Source of the DNA: Octopus vulgaris
Lineage: Eukaryota
Assembly (NCBI GenBank): GCA_951406725.2
Contig: OX597830.1
Location: 49,290,001 to 49,354,000 of the forward strand
DNA: 64,000 nucleotides
Reading direction: 5' to 3'
Under the pieces are notes generated by a model that saw nothing but the letters and a program-made list of their open reading frames with translations, was not told the origin of the DNA and did no database searches. Shown in pieces: positions 44,933-58,119 of this stretch (the stretch's first letter is position 1; each line of letters starts with the position of its first letter). The position numbers and the translations under genes are program-made.

Positions 44933-45352
44933 GGCGTAGGAGTGGCTGTGTGGTAAGTAGCTTGCTTACGAACCACATGGTTCCGGGTTCGGTCCCACTG
45001 CGTGGCAACTTGGGCAAGTGTCTTCTACTATAGCCTCGGGCCGACCAAAACCTTGTGAGTGGATTTGGTAGACGGAAACTGAAAGAAGCCCGTCGTATAT
45101 ATGTATATATATGTATGTGTATGTGTTTGTGTGTCTGTGTTTGTCCCTTCAACATCGCTTGACAACCGATGCTGGTGTGTTTACGTCCCCGTTACTTAGC
45201 GGTTCGGCAAAAGAGCCCGATAGAATAAGTACTAGGCTTACAAAGAATAAGTCCTGGGGTCGATTTGCTCGACTAAAAGGTGGTGCTCCAGCATGGCCAC
45301 GGTCAAATGACTGAAACAAGTAAAAGAGTAAGAGAGTAAAAGAGTAAAAGAG
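44933..45352 (+). mobile_element. tRNA-headed SINE family B, full length
   Basis: A box gtggctgtgtggtaag, B box gggttcggtccc, CORE-like cttgggcaagt, an internal (TG)n and a 3' (aaagagt)n tail. Confidence 0.9.
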
Positions 45353-45586
45353 TACTAGTATCCAACAGGTTTTCCTCTTTGGACGAAACAACTTTTAAGT
45401 TAAATATGAATACTTGCAAAAGTCGAAACCGAAGAACTATCTCAAGAAGTAAAAGACATATATATACATAAGGCATATGAACACATATATATACGGAATA
45501 TAACTTCTAAATTTGAGGTATTGTAAATAGAAATATGGAAATAAATAGTTAAATCCAAAGTGATGTTTCCATTATACCGTCCTCTC

Positions 45587-45676
<90 letters not shown>

Positions 45677-45678
45677 CA

Positions 45679-45726
<48 letters not shown>

Positions 45727-45733
45727 ACACACA

Positions 45734-45954
45734 CGAGCTGGCAGAATCGTTAGCACGCCGGGCGAAATGCTTAGCAGTATTTCGTCTGCCGTTATGTTCT
45801 GAGTTCAAATTCCGCCGAGGTCGACTTTGCCTTTCATCCTTTCGGGGTCAATAAATTAAGTACCAGTTACGCACTGGGGTCGATGTAATCTACTTAATCC
45901 GTTTGTCTGTCTTTGTTTGTTCTCTCTGTGTTTAGCCCCTTGTGGTTAGTAAAG

Positions 45955-45958
<4 letters not shown>
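45734..45958 (+). mobile_element. SINE family A
   Basis: Closely similar to 20421-20656. Confidence 0.9.
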
Positions 45959-46014
<56 letters not shown>

Positions 46015-46693
46015 ATATATATATATAGCATATGCGCATATATACATGCATAGGTGTATACACACACATACATATGCAAATACATGAAAACAAACGCGTG
46101 TGTGTACATGTTCATTCGTGTGTATTTGTGCGCGTGTCTCATTATCTGCATGAGTGTGATGCATACATAAAAATTTATTCAGAAAGATTGCCAGTATCTT
46201 TGAAATTCTGTCGTCTAGCTGTTGTAATATTGAGAATAGATTTCATATTTAATCCACAGAAGGCAAATATTTGAACGTTAGTTAATTTATATGTTAAACA
46301 GGGGGATATCTCTGACATTACAATCCACATTCGACTGCTTGCAGTATTGGTTTACGATGTGAACAAACACGACAGAATCAATTTAAAGATTTATTTTGTT
46401 CAGCTTCATTGAATGTGTGATTGGGGGGCAAAGAATCTTTAGCTTAATTACAAATTTCTACTCTGGAAACACTTCAGAGGAAGCAACTGGAATCAATCAA
46501 TATTCTTCGTATTACGTCTCTTGTATTTTAGTTTTGACACAGTAAATAAAGTTAAAGCGTACGATGAAAATCCTTAATCTAATGTCAACGAATTTTGATT
46601 ATATTTTTCTATATACATCTCTTCTACACACACACACACACACACACACACTTACTCACACACACACCACCCACAACACATACATTCATACGT

Positions 46694-46758
<65 letters not shown>

Positions 46759-46759
46759 T

Positions 46760-46973
46760 ATCAAAATAAGCAACAAGGATATCCAAAGTAGTGTAGTACA
46801 ATCGTTTCATGCTACTTCATTTTAGCATGAAATGATTTTACTACAGTACCTTGGATATCCTTGTTGCTTACTTTGATTATAATCACCCCATTTGATTTAT
46901 ATGGATAATACCATACCAAATTCTGATGCCTTTAACTTAAGTACCTATTCATCTGAATCTAAATTTTGCTGAA

Positions 46974-46976
<3 letters not shown>
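46760..46976 (+). mobile_element. (TA)n-embedded PLE-like foldback element
   Basis: Arms 46760-46814 and 46823-46877 contain the HHR 3' half GAAAC-gatt-GTA on the minus strand. Homologous to 59560-59725. Confidence 0.7.
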
Positions 46977-47014
<38 letters not shown>

Positions 47015-47657
47015 CCAATAAAACCTTTGTTAACTCTACATCCACACACATATATATATATATATGTTCATTGTAGCTACGTATTCGCATAGAACCGCGT
47101 ACGAGCGGGTATGCACACTTACACACACACACACGTACACACAAACACACACACACACATATGGATATATATGCACATGCTCGCGCGCGGTCTTATGTGA
47201 ACACGTTACTTTAATAAATAAATTTCATTAATATTCTTATACTGCTTCAGCTTCAAGACATTTACAAATATTAATAAGCATACATACATGCATGCATATA
47301 AATATTTAGACACCCATAAATATATTCCCATTATACCTACACCCATAAAACGCACCGACATACACACAGGTACACACACACAGTTATGTAGACACAGACA
47401 CGCACACACTCACGTATATTCTTAGGCTATGTGATATAGCATATAAAGTACTCAGCACGTGACGCTTTACAGAAATAATGTGTGTCATTTCGCAGGGATA
47501 ATCTGTGACATTTTACAGAAGTAATCCCGTTTCGCTCTTAGGCAGTCATCTTCCCAACTTGTGGTTACATTCAGTGTGAATTGCTATACAGTTGTCTTTT
47601 AACAAACGGATGATTCAGAAAGGAAGGAAGTAGTGCAACTATAAACAGCAGACGGGA

Positions 47658-47689
<32 letters not shown>

Positions 47690-47691
<2 letters not shown>

Positions 47692-47918
47692 ATCAGCGAA
47701 ATTTAGATTCAGATGAATATGGTACTTAAGTCAAAGGCACCAGAATTTGGTATGGTATTATCCATATAAATCAAATGGGGTGATTATAATCAAAATAAGC
47801 AACAAGTATATCCGCGGTAGAGTAGTACAATAGAGTAGTACACTGTTTAATAAAATGAAGTAGCATGAAACAATTGTACTACTCTACCACGGACATACTT
47901 GTTGATTATTTTGATTAT
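47690..47918 (-). mobile_element. Inverted sister copy of the 46760 foldback element
   Basis: Reverse complement of 46760-46976; carries GAAAC-aatt-GTA. Confidence 0.7.
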
Positions 47919-47929
47919 ATATATATATA

Positions 47930-48252
47930 GTGAGGGCGCGTAGCTTAGTGGTTAGGGCATTCGGCTCATGATCGTAAGGTTGTGAGTTCGATTCCCGGCG
48001 ACGCGTTGTGTCCTTGAGCAAGACACTTTATTTCACGTTGCTCCAGTCCACTCAGTTGGCAAAAATGAGTTGTACTTGTATTTCAAAGGGTCAGCCTTGT
48101 CACTCTCTGTGTCACGCTGATTATCCCCGAGAACTACGTTAAGGGTACACGTGTCTGTGGAATGCTCAGCCATTTGCACGTTAATTTCACGAGCAAGCTG
48201 TTCCGTTGATCGTATCAGCTGGGACCCTCGTCGTCGTAACTGGCGGAGTCTT
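47930..48252 (+). mobile_element. tRNA-headed SINE (family C head/core, tail Y)
   Basis: A box tagcttagtgg, B box gagttcgattccc. The 3' ~170 bp match the SINE at 36545. Confidence 0.88.
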
Positions 48253-48253
48253 T

Positions 48254-48294
<41 letters not shown>

Positions 48295-48329
48295 CTTGGA
48301 GAAGAGAAATAGAGAAATAGAGAAATAGG

Positions 48330-48572
48330 TTGTGAGACGTAATGGTGTCACTGAGACCCAAAGGTGTCAGGTAATGCTGAATAAGTGCTATGACTAGACC
48401 ATAGTTAAGTTCCAGGTTCGGTGGTTATGTGAATAAGGGGTCCAACTTAGGTCATTTACCAGCGTATGTATATAAAAATATTTACTTTTCGTAATGAGAT
48501 AAAAAAAACCCAAGGCAGTGTTCTAAAATTTACACTGCCTTGGTCTTTTTAATCTCATTATGAAAGAAAATT
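48330..48572 (-). mobile_element. PLE-like foldback element in (TA)n
   Basis: Homologous to 4279-4455, with an inverted repeat at 48487-48521/48532-48565. Confidence 0.55.
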
Positions 48573-48602
48573 ATATGTATATATATATATATACATATAT
48601 AT

Positions 48603-49260
48603 ACACGAGGGTCGGCTGAAACAACCGCTATAGGCCAGCTATGATACTCTTATGGAATGTGAGAATGTAACCAAATTAGGTTTTTTTTTTACATAGTTTC
48701 CATTGTGGCCCACACAATTCTTTTATCGATGTTGCAGTACTTGGAGCCTATTGGTGACGGTGTTTTCATCTTGTTGGTCCCCAAAGTCATCAACAGCAGA
48801 TATGACGTCATTATCACTGCGATGCCGCTTCGCAGCAAAATGTTTTTAGAAGTTGAGAAACAGACAATAGCCAGATGGGGCCAAATTAGGAGAATTGGGA
48901 GGGGAATCAAGCAATTCAAACCCACAGTCACGCACAGTATTCATTGAATGCAAGGGATTCTGCGTTAGAGCATCGTCCTGTTGGAACAAGATCTCTTTCA
49001 TCAATCTTTCTGGTCATCTGGACTTGATAGCCTTTCATAATTGCTACAGTAGGTCGACATAACACTCTCTATTGCTGGTGCGGCCTTTATGAAGATAGTC
49101 GATAAACACAATGCTTTTTTGCATACTAAACATTTAGTATGCAGAGGAAACATCCTTGCTCTTCTATGGAGCAAATGAAGAGGAGGTTTCCGCTGCATGG
49201 ATTATCTCTTCGTCTCTGACTCAAAGTGATGAACCCCAAAATCATCTTGGATGAGATCAG
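48603..49260 (-). pseudogene. Mariner transposase remnant, catalytic half with TIR
   Basis: Minus strand translates to PPNSPNLAPSGYCLF...DVISAVDDF...CVGHNGNYV; TIR-like TAcacgagggtcggctgaaa. Confidence 0.85.
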
Positions 49261-49264
49261 AATC

Positions 49265-50002
49265 AGTTGACCTAGTTGTCTCGGCGGATTTTCGTTTTCA
49301 GTGAACGCATCGAGCAGAGATATTGCATCATGTTTTGCCAAAATCTTGGTGATACTCATGCTCAAACGCACCAAAGATTCAGCAGGCCTTTGGTGTTGAT
49401 GTCATGGGCAAAATGCAGAGCATGGAGTAGTACAAACGTTTCAAACATGGCCGCACCTCAGTGGGTAACGGAGCACACTCGGGCAGGTCATTCACAAGCC
49501 GAAACGAGGAGCAGATTGTGAAGGTTCGGCGAATAGTAATGAAAGACCATCATGTATCAATCCAGAAAATTGCACACGAAGTGAGAACAAGTACAGGATC
49601 AGTGCATTTCATTTTAACGGAGTATTTGTGCATGTGGAGAGTGTCAGCAAAGTTCGTCCCTGGAGCCCCTGAAGCCACTCCGCGTGGAAATTGTTTAGGA
49701 AATGTTGAACTGTACAAAACATAACCCAGACCGACCACATGAAGACCATCATCACAGGTGATGATACATAGGTTTATGGTATCACCTTGATTCGTCCGGT
49801 CATCTTGCGCAAAACCGACAATCCGACAAGCGAGTCTGTACTTTAGGCGCGACATCTGGGAACTAACGTGGCCTAACGACGCAATAATTTGTTGATATGT
49901 ACAAGAAGGCTGGTATTATTTCCCCACCCAAAGAATTTTGCCCATGTAGCATTAGCTTTGGCTGCGAAAAATAAACTGGGATATTTTAAACGCACCTAGT
50001 GT
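49265..50002 (+). pseudogene. Internally deleted mariner (HTH half) with TIR
   Basis: Translates to IEQRYCIMFC.NLG, KRFKHGRTSV...HSGR, RVSAKFVP and KTIITGDDT. Ends ttttaaacgcacctagtgTA. Confidence 0.85.
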
Positions 50003-50698
50003 ATAAAATATACTAAAACAATAAGTTTTCTAATATCCCATTATACTCATGACAACCGTCGTAAATAAAACATCCTGTTTCAATAGCTCAAGAAATGTGA
50101 TTTGAAATACGACTGAAACTTTTAGATGTTTTTCTTCTGTAGATGTGAGCTTTTTAACAGTTCTGTCTTAAAATTATATCCAATCTTTCTTCTTCTACAT
50201 TTCAATATTTTGAAAATTATTGCTTCTATTCAATAAAATGACATTATCAAAAAGTGAGATGGTAAATGGTGTATGATTGCAAATGCAAATAGGCACATAT
50301 ATATATATGATTGTGCTAAAATGGCGCCCATTTCTGATTTAGTATGGAAAACATTTACGTTAATTGCAAGTGACGTGCAACATTACTTTTATGCAAGAAA
50401 ACGAATAGACAATACACATGGAAAGTTTTTACAAGAGAATTGCAGAACTGGTTTCAATAATAGTCTATATTATTTCGTAAGGGAATGCTAATTCATTTAG
50501 CAACAAATAAGATGCAATGTTGGAAAGGATAATTTAGAAGTGCAATGAAGAAATGTAAACCGAATATCTGTAATGTGGGTGAAACATGAATCATAAACAC
50601 CTATACAGAGATACACACAAATATGTATGCATGTGTATGTCTATAAAAATACATTTATATATGCAAATATATATGAATGCATATAGTTGTATATATTC

Positions 50699-50744
<46 letters not shown>

Positions 50745-50807
50745 AACATAATGTTTTTGTATACACATAGTTATCTATGTTCATATATCCACACAAACAT
50801 GTATGCA

Positions 50808-50844
<37 letters not shown>

Positions 50845-50859
50845 AAAAGTGTATGCATT

Positions 50860-50922
<63 letters not shown>

Positions 50923-50946
50923 TTACACACATACACAAACACAGAC

Positions 50947-50982
<36 letters not shown>

Positions 50983-52127
50983 CACACACAAAAGTATATA
51001 GTTATGAGTGTGTGTGTGTTTCTGTTATTGTATACGAGTGTGTGTGAGAATCAGAAATGAAGGTAAAATCTTACTAAAAGCTGTATAAAAAAATCGATAT
51101 TTCTGTTATAAGCCATAAGTAAGGTTGAGACTAGTCAGTGTTTGTTATTTAACTACACCATGTAGCACACAATGAAGCAGTGTAACTAACCAACTGCATT
51201 GATGCAGTGATTACATCACGTTTCGGATTGGGGAAACAGTACAAGTACGGATTAGCCCTTAGAATCACTTCATAGCTAAACATTTGCTGCAGAAGCGACG
51301 GGTTTTCGGTGCACAATGGAAATTTGTTTACAAAAGAAATGCAAATATTCGGTGCATAAACGATTATTCTGTGCATAAGCAGCAAACCACTGAGCAAATA
51401 ACCATCTGTTGCTTATGGTAAAGTCTCCCTGTATATAACACAACATCCATACCTGGTTTCTTTTTTCCCTCCTGAGTTTTATACATACTTATGCAGAATC
51501 GTCTGTACATTCGCTTAAGGTTGAAGAAAACTTTAACAATGTACAAAGCTGTCCATGTAAGCGTGCTTAGATGTGTTTATATCTGTGTGTGTGGTGTATG
51601 TATACATTTATGATAAGTTTATTTTATGTTTGTATTTGTGAGAGAAGTATATCTTTAAGAAATATATCGGAATGTTTCTCGGTGCAGTCTCTTCTCTGAA
51701 ATCGTATTTGGAATTATTTATATATATATTTGGAGGTGGAAAGTGGTGGAAAGAGAGAGCGAAGGGAGCGAAAACTTACTGAAAAAACAACGAAAGAAGA
51801 ATTATAACTCGAAGAAATTTAGCATAGCGTTGTGGAATAGCGGGGAAGTCGAAGTATTGCTATATACATATTCATATATACATACATCACTCTGGTATAA
51901 ATATTTCGTGAATTAGGAAGGAATGTGTATACGGAGTCATATCCATATCTTTATTTTCTGTCTTTATAAAAGGCCAAGTCTCATATCACCTTTATTCTTA
52001 CTCCTTGATTCCAACAATTTTTTTGTTATACTGTAGTAATGTTTCGGGCAAATTGAATGGCTGCACTCGGCAGGTGGAAGAGAAATAACGCATTTTAAGG
52101 ATGGCTTATATAAATATATAAATAGCT

Positions 52128-52224
<97 letters not shown>

Positions 52225-52538
52225 TAAAATTAAGCATTTATCCAATATTCTGGAAATAGAAAGCTAATGTGATCAAACAGAAAAGGTTCAGAAAACAAGA
52301 AAATGATGAGCGAGATAGGAATTACTATATGATTATGAAAATTATAGGGGAGGGACAATTTGAAACGAGGGGACAAAACTTTTGATTAAGAGAAAAGAAA
52401 ATTGAAATTGTATATGTATATACAGCGAGGGTGAATGTCAATAAAATAGTGTAAGTGTGTATAATGAAAGGAACGAGAAAAAGAACTGCGAGTATAAGGA
52501 AATGTAGAGCCTGCGTTTTTAAATATACTACAATTTCA

Positions 52539-53028
52539 TTTTTCTTTATTGCCCCCAAGGGACTAAACATAGAGGGGACAAACAAGGATAGACAAAGGGA
52601 TTAAGTCGATTAGATCGGCCCCAGTGCGTAACTGGTACTTAATTTATCGACCCCCAAAGAATGAAAGGCAAAGTCGACCTCGGTGGAATTTGAACTCAGA
52701 ACGTAAAGGCAGATAAAATAACGATAAGCATTTCGCCCGGCACGCTAACGTTTCTGCCAGCTCGCCGTCTTATTCGTAAAGGCAGACGAAATACCTATTT
52801 CTTTACTACCCACAAGGGGCTAAACACAGAGAGGACAAACAAGGATAGACAAACAGATTAAGTCGATTATATCCATCCCAGTGCGTAACTGGTACTTAAT
52901 TTATCGATCCCGAAAGGATGTAAGGTAAAGTCGACCTCGACGGAATTTGAACTCAGAACGTAACGGCAGACGAAATACGGCTACGCATTTCGCCCGGCAT
53001 GCTAACGATTCTGGCAGCTCGCCGCCTT
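52539..53028 (-). mobile_element. Tandem dimer of SINE family A
   Basis: Copies at 52539-52771 and 52775-53028, part of an insertion bounded by a 15-bp direct repeat. Confidence 0.9.
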
Positions 53029-53032
53029 CTAC

Positions 53033-53146
53033 AATATCGATATTTTTATACAGCTTTTAGTAAGATTTTACCTTCAATTCTGATTCTCACACACACTCGT
53101 ATACAATAACACACACACTCATAACTATATACATGTGTGTGTGCTC

Positions 53147-53198
<52 letters not shown>
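53033..53198 (-). repeat. Inverted local copy of 50950-51101
   Basis: aatatcgat...tatacagcttttagtaagattttaccttca.ttctgattctcacacacactcgtatacaataac matches the reverse complement of 50981-51101. Confidence 0.9.
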
Positions 53199-53200
<2 letters not shown>

Positions 53201-53739
53201 TATACTACAATTTCAATTAACATAACTTCTCAGTCACAGAAAAACAGACCGATGACTAACTATGGAAAAGGACAAAGATTATAACTAGAATATAAGCGTG
53301 CACGGCGTGTGTTATAAAGGGAAGGTAACAAAATTCTATCAGAAAAGTTAAGAATTACGAGACAGCTAGAAAATACATTTTTCTCAAGTATTACCATTAC
53401 ATAAATCTATTTAGAACAACTGTGAAAGTAGGATACTTGTTTAAACTAGAGTACACCCTGGCAATAGCATTGAATAAGGAGCTGATCGATTAAGTTTATC
53501 TGTTATTAAATCGCAGCTGAGTTTAACCTTACTTATTTTCGACGTCCTTCAAGACAGGGAAGATGTCACTCATGTGCCTTTAATTATAGAGGAAACTACT
53601 GGCTTTTGTACTTACTTAATAATGGTTTCACGGCAAAGGCACTGTATACAGGCACATCCACACACGTACACGTACACACACACATAACTCAAACACATAT
53701 TATACTCTTACATATATAGATATGTACACACATATCTCC

Positions 53740-53811
<72 letters not shown>

Positions 53812-53977
53812 CTCTCTCTCTCTATATATATATATGTACGAATGTATATATATATATATACACACACATATGTAGGAATTTACAAACACACACATTCAGC
53901 ACACACACAAACACACACATTCAGCACACACACAAACACACACATGCACAGAAGCGACCGCGCGCACACATACACAG

Positions 53978-54015
<38 letters not shown>

Positions 54016-54018
<3 letters not shown>

Positions 54019-54480
54019 TAGTGAATGCATTCCAAAAGGTTTGAGACTTTTTTTCTGGAAAGACATTTATTGATTTCAGAGATGTACAAAACTCTAATCT
54101 GCTTCAAAGAAGGATTCTCTGACTTCAATGCACCTGTAGCGATTCAAGCCGCTTCATGAAGGCCCCATTGAAGTCCTCCTAAGCGAAGGTGTCCAGGACC
54201 CTTTTCGCAGTCACTTTCATCTTCTTCTTAGGGAACAATCAAAATTCACAGGGAGCTAGGTCTGAACGGTAGGGTAAATGAGGGACAGTCCTGATGTCTA
54301 TTTCAGTCAAGTAGTTGGTTACCAGGATGGAATGACCATCATGATTTTTTCATTGGACTTGCTCTCCCTACCTAAACAAACAGATCCTGCAGCGTCTTTG
54401 CAGCCCAGCTTCTTAGTTGTAAACTAATGATATGCTAAAATTATAGTAATCTAGGCTCAAAACTTCAGCAATGCACCTCA
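54016..54480 (-). mobile_element. Non-autonomous mariner-like remnant
   Basis: TIR-like tgcattccaaaaggtttgagactttt; minus strand translates to RYRCIEV...FFEAD*. Confidence 0.55.
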
Positions 54481-54509
54481 CAGATATATATATATATATA
54501 TATGCTTAC

Positions 54510-55290
54510 ATTTTCTTGAGGTCTTCACTGGGACATTCACCATTACTGCTTTTTTATGTCTATGTCTTCTACCATACTATGAGTTCTTATTTCTTTGTTC
54601 TCGGGGTTATCCCTCCGACGGATTTCATTATAAAGTGTCTTAGCTACATTATGTCTCATCGGCAGATAATATGACATTTCGGACAACTGCTTATGATGTG
54701 GGCGATATCTTTCGTGTTGATTCCACAAAGTCTGCATCGCTTGTCCCATTTCCCTGCTTTTCCAGCATCTCTATCCTTTTTTGTGCATCAGATACTTGGT
54801 GGATATCTCCTGTTCCTGGATTATAAATGCATACCTTTCAAAGTGGGAGGTATTAAACTGGCTATTGGTCCATGATAAATTGCTTCGATGATTGATGTTG
54901 CTATCATCCCCGAGCTTTCTACTAACATGTCCATGCATACTCTTCTGTTCATATAGACTCATCCTTTCATCTGATGATACGTTCCGGTAGAGCCGTGCGA
55001 CTTTTTGGGGCATGTATTTTAGGTTATCAGACAAAGAATGTTGTTCAAGGAGCTACTGTCCAAGTCTTAGGATGTTATCAGGCTTATGTATACAAACTTG
55101 GTCAAGGGATGGACTTCGACACTTGGTGGTTATAATATGTTGCCGAAGAGATATCATACGATATTCAAAGGCATTTTGGATCGATTTTAAGCCTCTGCCG
55201 CCTAGTTTTCGATTTAGATAGAGGTGGTCTATGTCACTGTTTATGTGGAAATTATATGTGCATGTTAGTATTTTTCGGGTTTTCACATCA
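54510..55290 (-). pseudogene. R4/Dong-clade LINE remnant (RT thumb to CCHC region)
   Basis: Translates to KTRKILT...FHINSDIDHLYLNRKLGGRGLKSI, KSMHG, IQEQEISTKY, RLC...EDIAHIISSCP and MRHNVAK. Confidence 0.88.
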
Positions 55291-56419
55291 ATATATGTAT
55301 GTATGAATGTATGTATGTATGTATGTATGTATGTATGTATGTATGTATGTATGTATGTATGTATGTATGTATGTATGTATGTATGAATGCATGCACGTAT
55401 TCATGTTTACAGTTATGGCTGCCTGTTTATAGATGTGTTTGCAAGAATGTATGTCTTCCTTATTCCAATGAAGCTTTATTCCAATCTCTGATATTATTCA
55501 CAGAAAAAGTGGTAACTAGAAAGGTTGAATGTTTCATTGTTTGTCTTGTTTGCAGAATACAATTGAGGAATCACTTCTGGCATTAAATTTTCCGTTGAAT
55601 GTAATTCTTTATTCATTTCGAACCCTTACTAAAAAGATTATTCAATCGATAAACCAACTGTATTAGCTATTGGCTAAATATATTGTTAATCTTTCTATCA
55701 ACGCTGTAGGCTTATTCTTAAATTGAATGTGTGTCCTTATTTTTGTTGTTATAGGTTTTGTTACCGTGACAACCGTGTGAAGAAATATAATCTTTACATG
55801 TGAGGTTCAATGTCTATATGGGGGTGTTAAGCAACCATCACAAATAGTTGTAGATGTGCTTATATTACGATGGAATCATGTTAATACCGCTGATTGCTTT
55901 CAGATCCATTCTGAATAGAACTAGGATCAAAGATGCTTTGGCTAAGATCGTTCCTCATTTGTATTCAGTGATAATGTAACCAGGGCTACATCTATCACAG
56001 GTTTCCGTCGTGGGTAGGATATGAAAGAGACCGCCTATAGGCTCACGTTGTTTCCTATCTCTCATTAATTTCTGTAACTGCAAATCAATCCTTACCAAGC
56101 AGATCATAGAAGGTATTCCAGCCGTGACAAAACCGTATTGTATGGGGACTGGAAACTGTATTATCAACGTGCTTTCCTCTTTTAAATATGATAGACTTAT
56201 GTTTTTGGAGAAACCTCGTTGCTGATTATAGCAGATCAAGAGATCTCTTAGATGCATATTCGTTGGTTCACTTTTCAGGTGTATAATTGTGAGTATTGAT
56301 ACTGAAAATAATGGTGTTTAGGTAGAGAACGCCATCTCCAAGTTATTTTAGGATAAATATCTGGTCTACTATTTAGCCATTTGACAGTTAACGGAAGCTG
56401 AGAAGAATATTCAAGAGAG

Positions 56420-56639
56420 CATACTGGTTTCACATTCTGGTCCAAGGCCAGAAATTTCGGGAGAGGAGTTAAGTCGATTACACCGACCTCACCGCTCAAG
56501 GGGTTCTTATTTTACTTCACACGAATGGATGATTGGCAAGGTCGACCTCAGCGGAATTTGGACTCAGAGCATAAAGACGGACGAAATACCGCTAAGCATT
56601 TTGCGTGGTGTGCTAACGATTCTGCCAGCTCGCTGCCTT
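56420..56639 (-). mobile_element. SINE family A variant with a different tail
   Basis: Head aaggcagcgagctggcagaatcgttagcac on the minus strand. Confidence 0.8.
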
Positions 56640-57822
56640 AATTTAAAAGAACATATTACCAATAACATAAGATCAGGTATCAAAACAATTGTATAAAATC
56701 ATCAATTTACGCATTAAGGGAATGGCATGACGTTTGGACGAGACAGAACGCAAATCACCTACAAGAATTCCAACCTATATGAGCACGCATACAAATACAT
56801 ACGCAAAAAAAAACACTCGTACAAATAAGTACCAAGTAACTAAAGAAGTCACTGGCAGTGATGCCCTTGTTCGTATCCAGATACACAGCCTCTTCTTCAT
56901 CGTGGGCCAAAAATGAGGTATATCCAATCCTGATGATCCAAGGAATAGAAGGGCTAAATCCAGAATAGCATCAGGCTGACTCGACAAAAATGAAAAACAA
57001 AAATTTGTGTAAATGTAAAAATAAGGTTATTTTAAAACAGTTAAGAATAGTAACTGAGCATTTACGGTTGGTGTGACTTTAGACTGAGAACAGCGTCCAT
57101 TTTAATATGAAGAAGGAGTTGACGGGAAAGAAGGAATGAAGGAAGGAAGGAACCAAGCAAGCAAGCAACCAGCCAACCAAACTCCTGACCGACCAACACT
57201 TCTCATTCTTTTCCGCAATGCTCGTTCTTTTGGTTAGTCGCTTTCTTCCCCAGATCTTGTTTTGGGTAAGATTATAAACTTAATTCCAGTCATATTTACC
57301 TACATTTATCGTGTTTCTTTTTAAATTTTATCTTTTTGTTTTCGGTATATATTCAGCAAAGTCCGAAAGAACAACATTCTTTCCTATTAACGTTACTTTC
57401 GTATGCCTTGTCTTAATTCTAACGTATAGCCGAAAGGCTTTCTATGTATACAAATATCCGTGTCGTTTCTTACATTTTAATTTTTTGTAATAGTCACTTT
57501 ACGTTTCCATCTTATATATTTACCCTTTCTCCCCATAACTGGTCATTTGTCGTTCAGTTTAGAAACCACGTCTTCTGTTTGTATTTGTCTTATTTTATCT
57601 CCTTTGTACTCGCCCTTTGTTTTGCCTATTTACACCCCAGCAAAAAAAAAAGTCTGTTGACACCACCAAGTTGAACAATACTATCAATAAAACGTCGAAA
57701 TTATGATGAGTTTTGGACGATAACTGATGAGAGGGGATCGTGTCCACAGCCATTGTGTTCTTCCTGTTTCCTGTATGTTCCTTTGACATCTCCTTTCGCC
57801 ACGTTTTTCTATACGTACACAG

Positions 57823-58119
57823 GCTTATTTTATCGACCCTGAAAGGACCTCGGTGAAATTTGAACTCAGAACGTAAAGACGGACGAAATACCTATTTCTT
57901 TACAATCACAAGGGCCTAAACACAGAGGGGATAAACGAGGGCAGACAAACGGATTAAATCGATTACATCGATCCCAGGGCGTAACTGGTACTTGTTTAAT
58001 CGACCCCAAAAGGATGAAAGGTAAAGTCGACCTCGGGAGAATTTGAACTGAGAACGTAAAGATGCACGAAATACCGTTAAGCATTTTTCCGACGTGCTAA
58101 CGATTCTGACTGCTTGCCA
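57823..58119 (-). mobile_element. SINE family A plus partial tandem repeat
   Basis: Full copy at about 57890-58119 whose tail continues into an internal fragment at 57823-57892. Confidence 0.82.

Noticed and set aside
56931-56975. CTGATGA motif (also at 35989)
   Set aside because: There is no downstream GAAAC/GTH or pairing stems; the 35989 instance is the RT FADD codon run.
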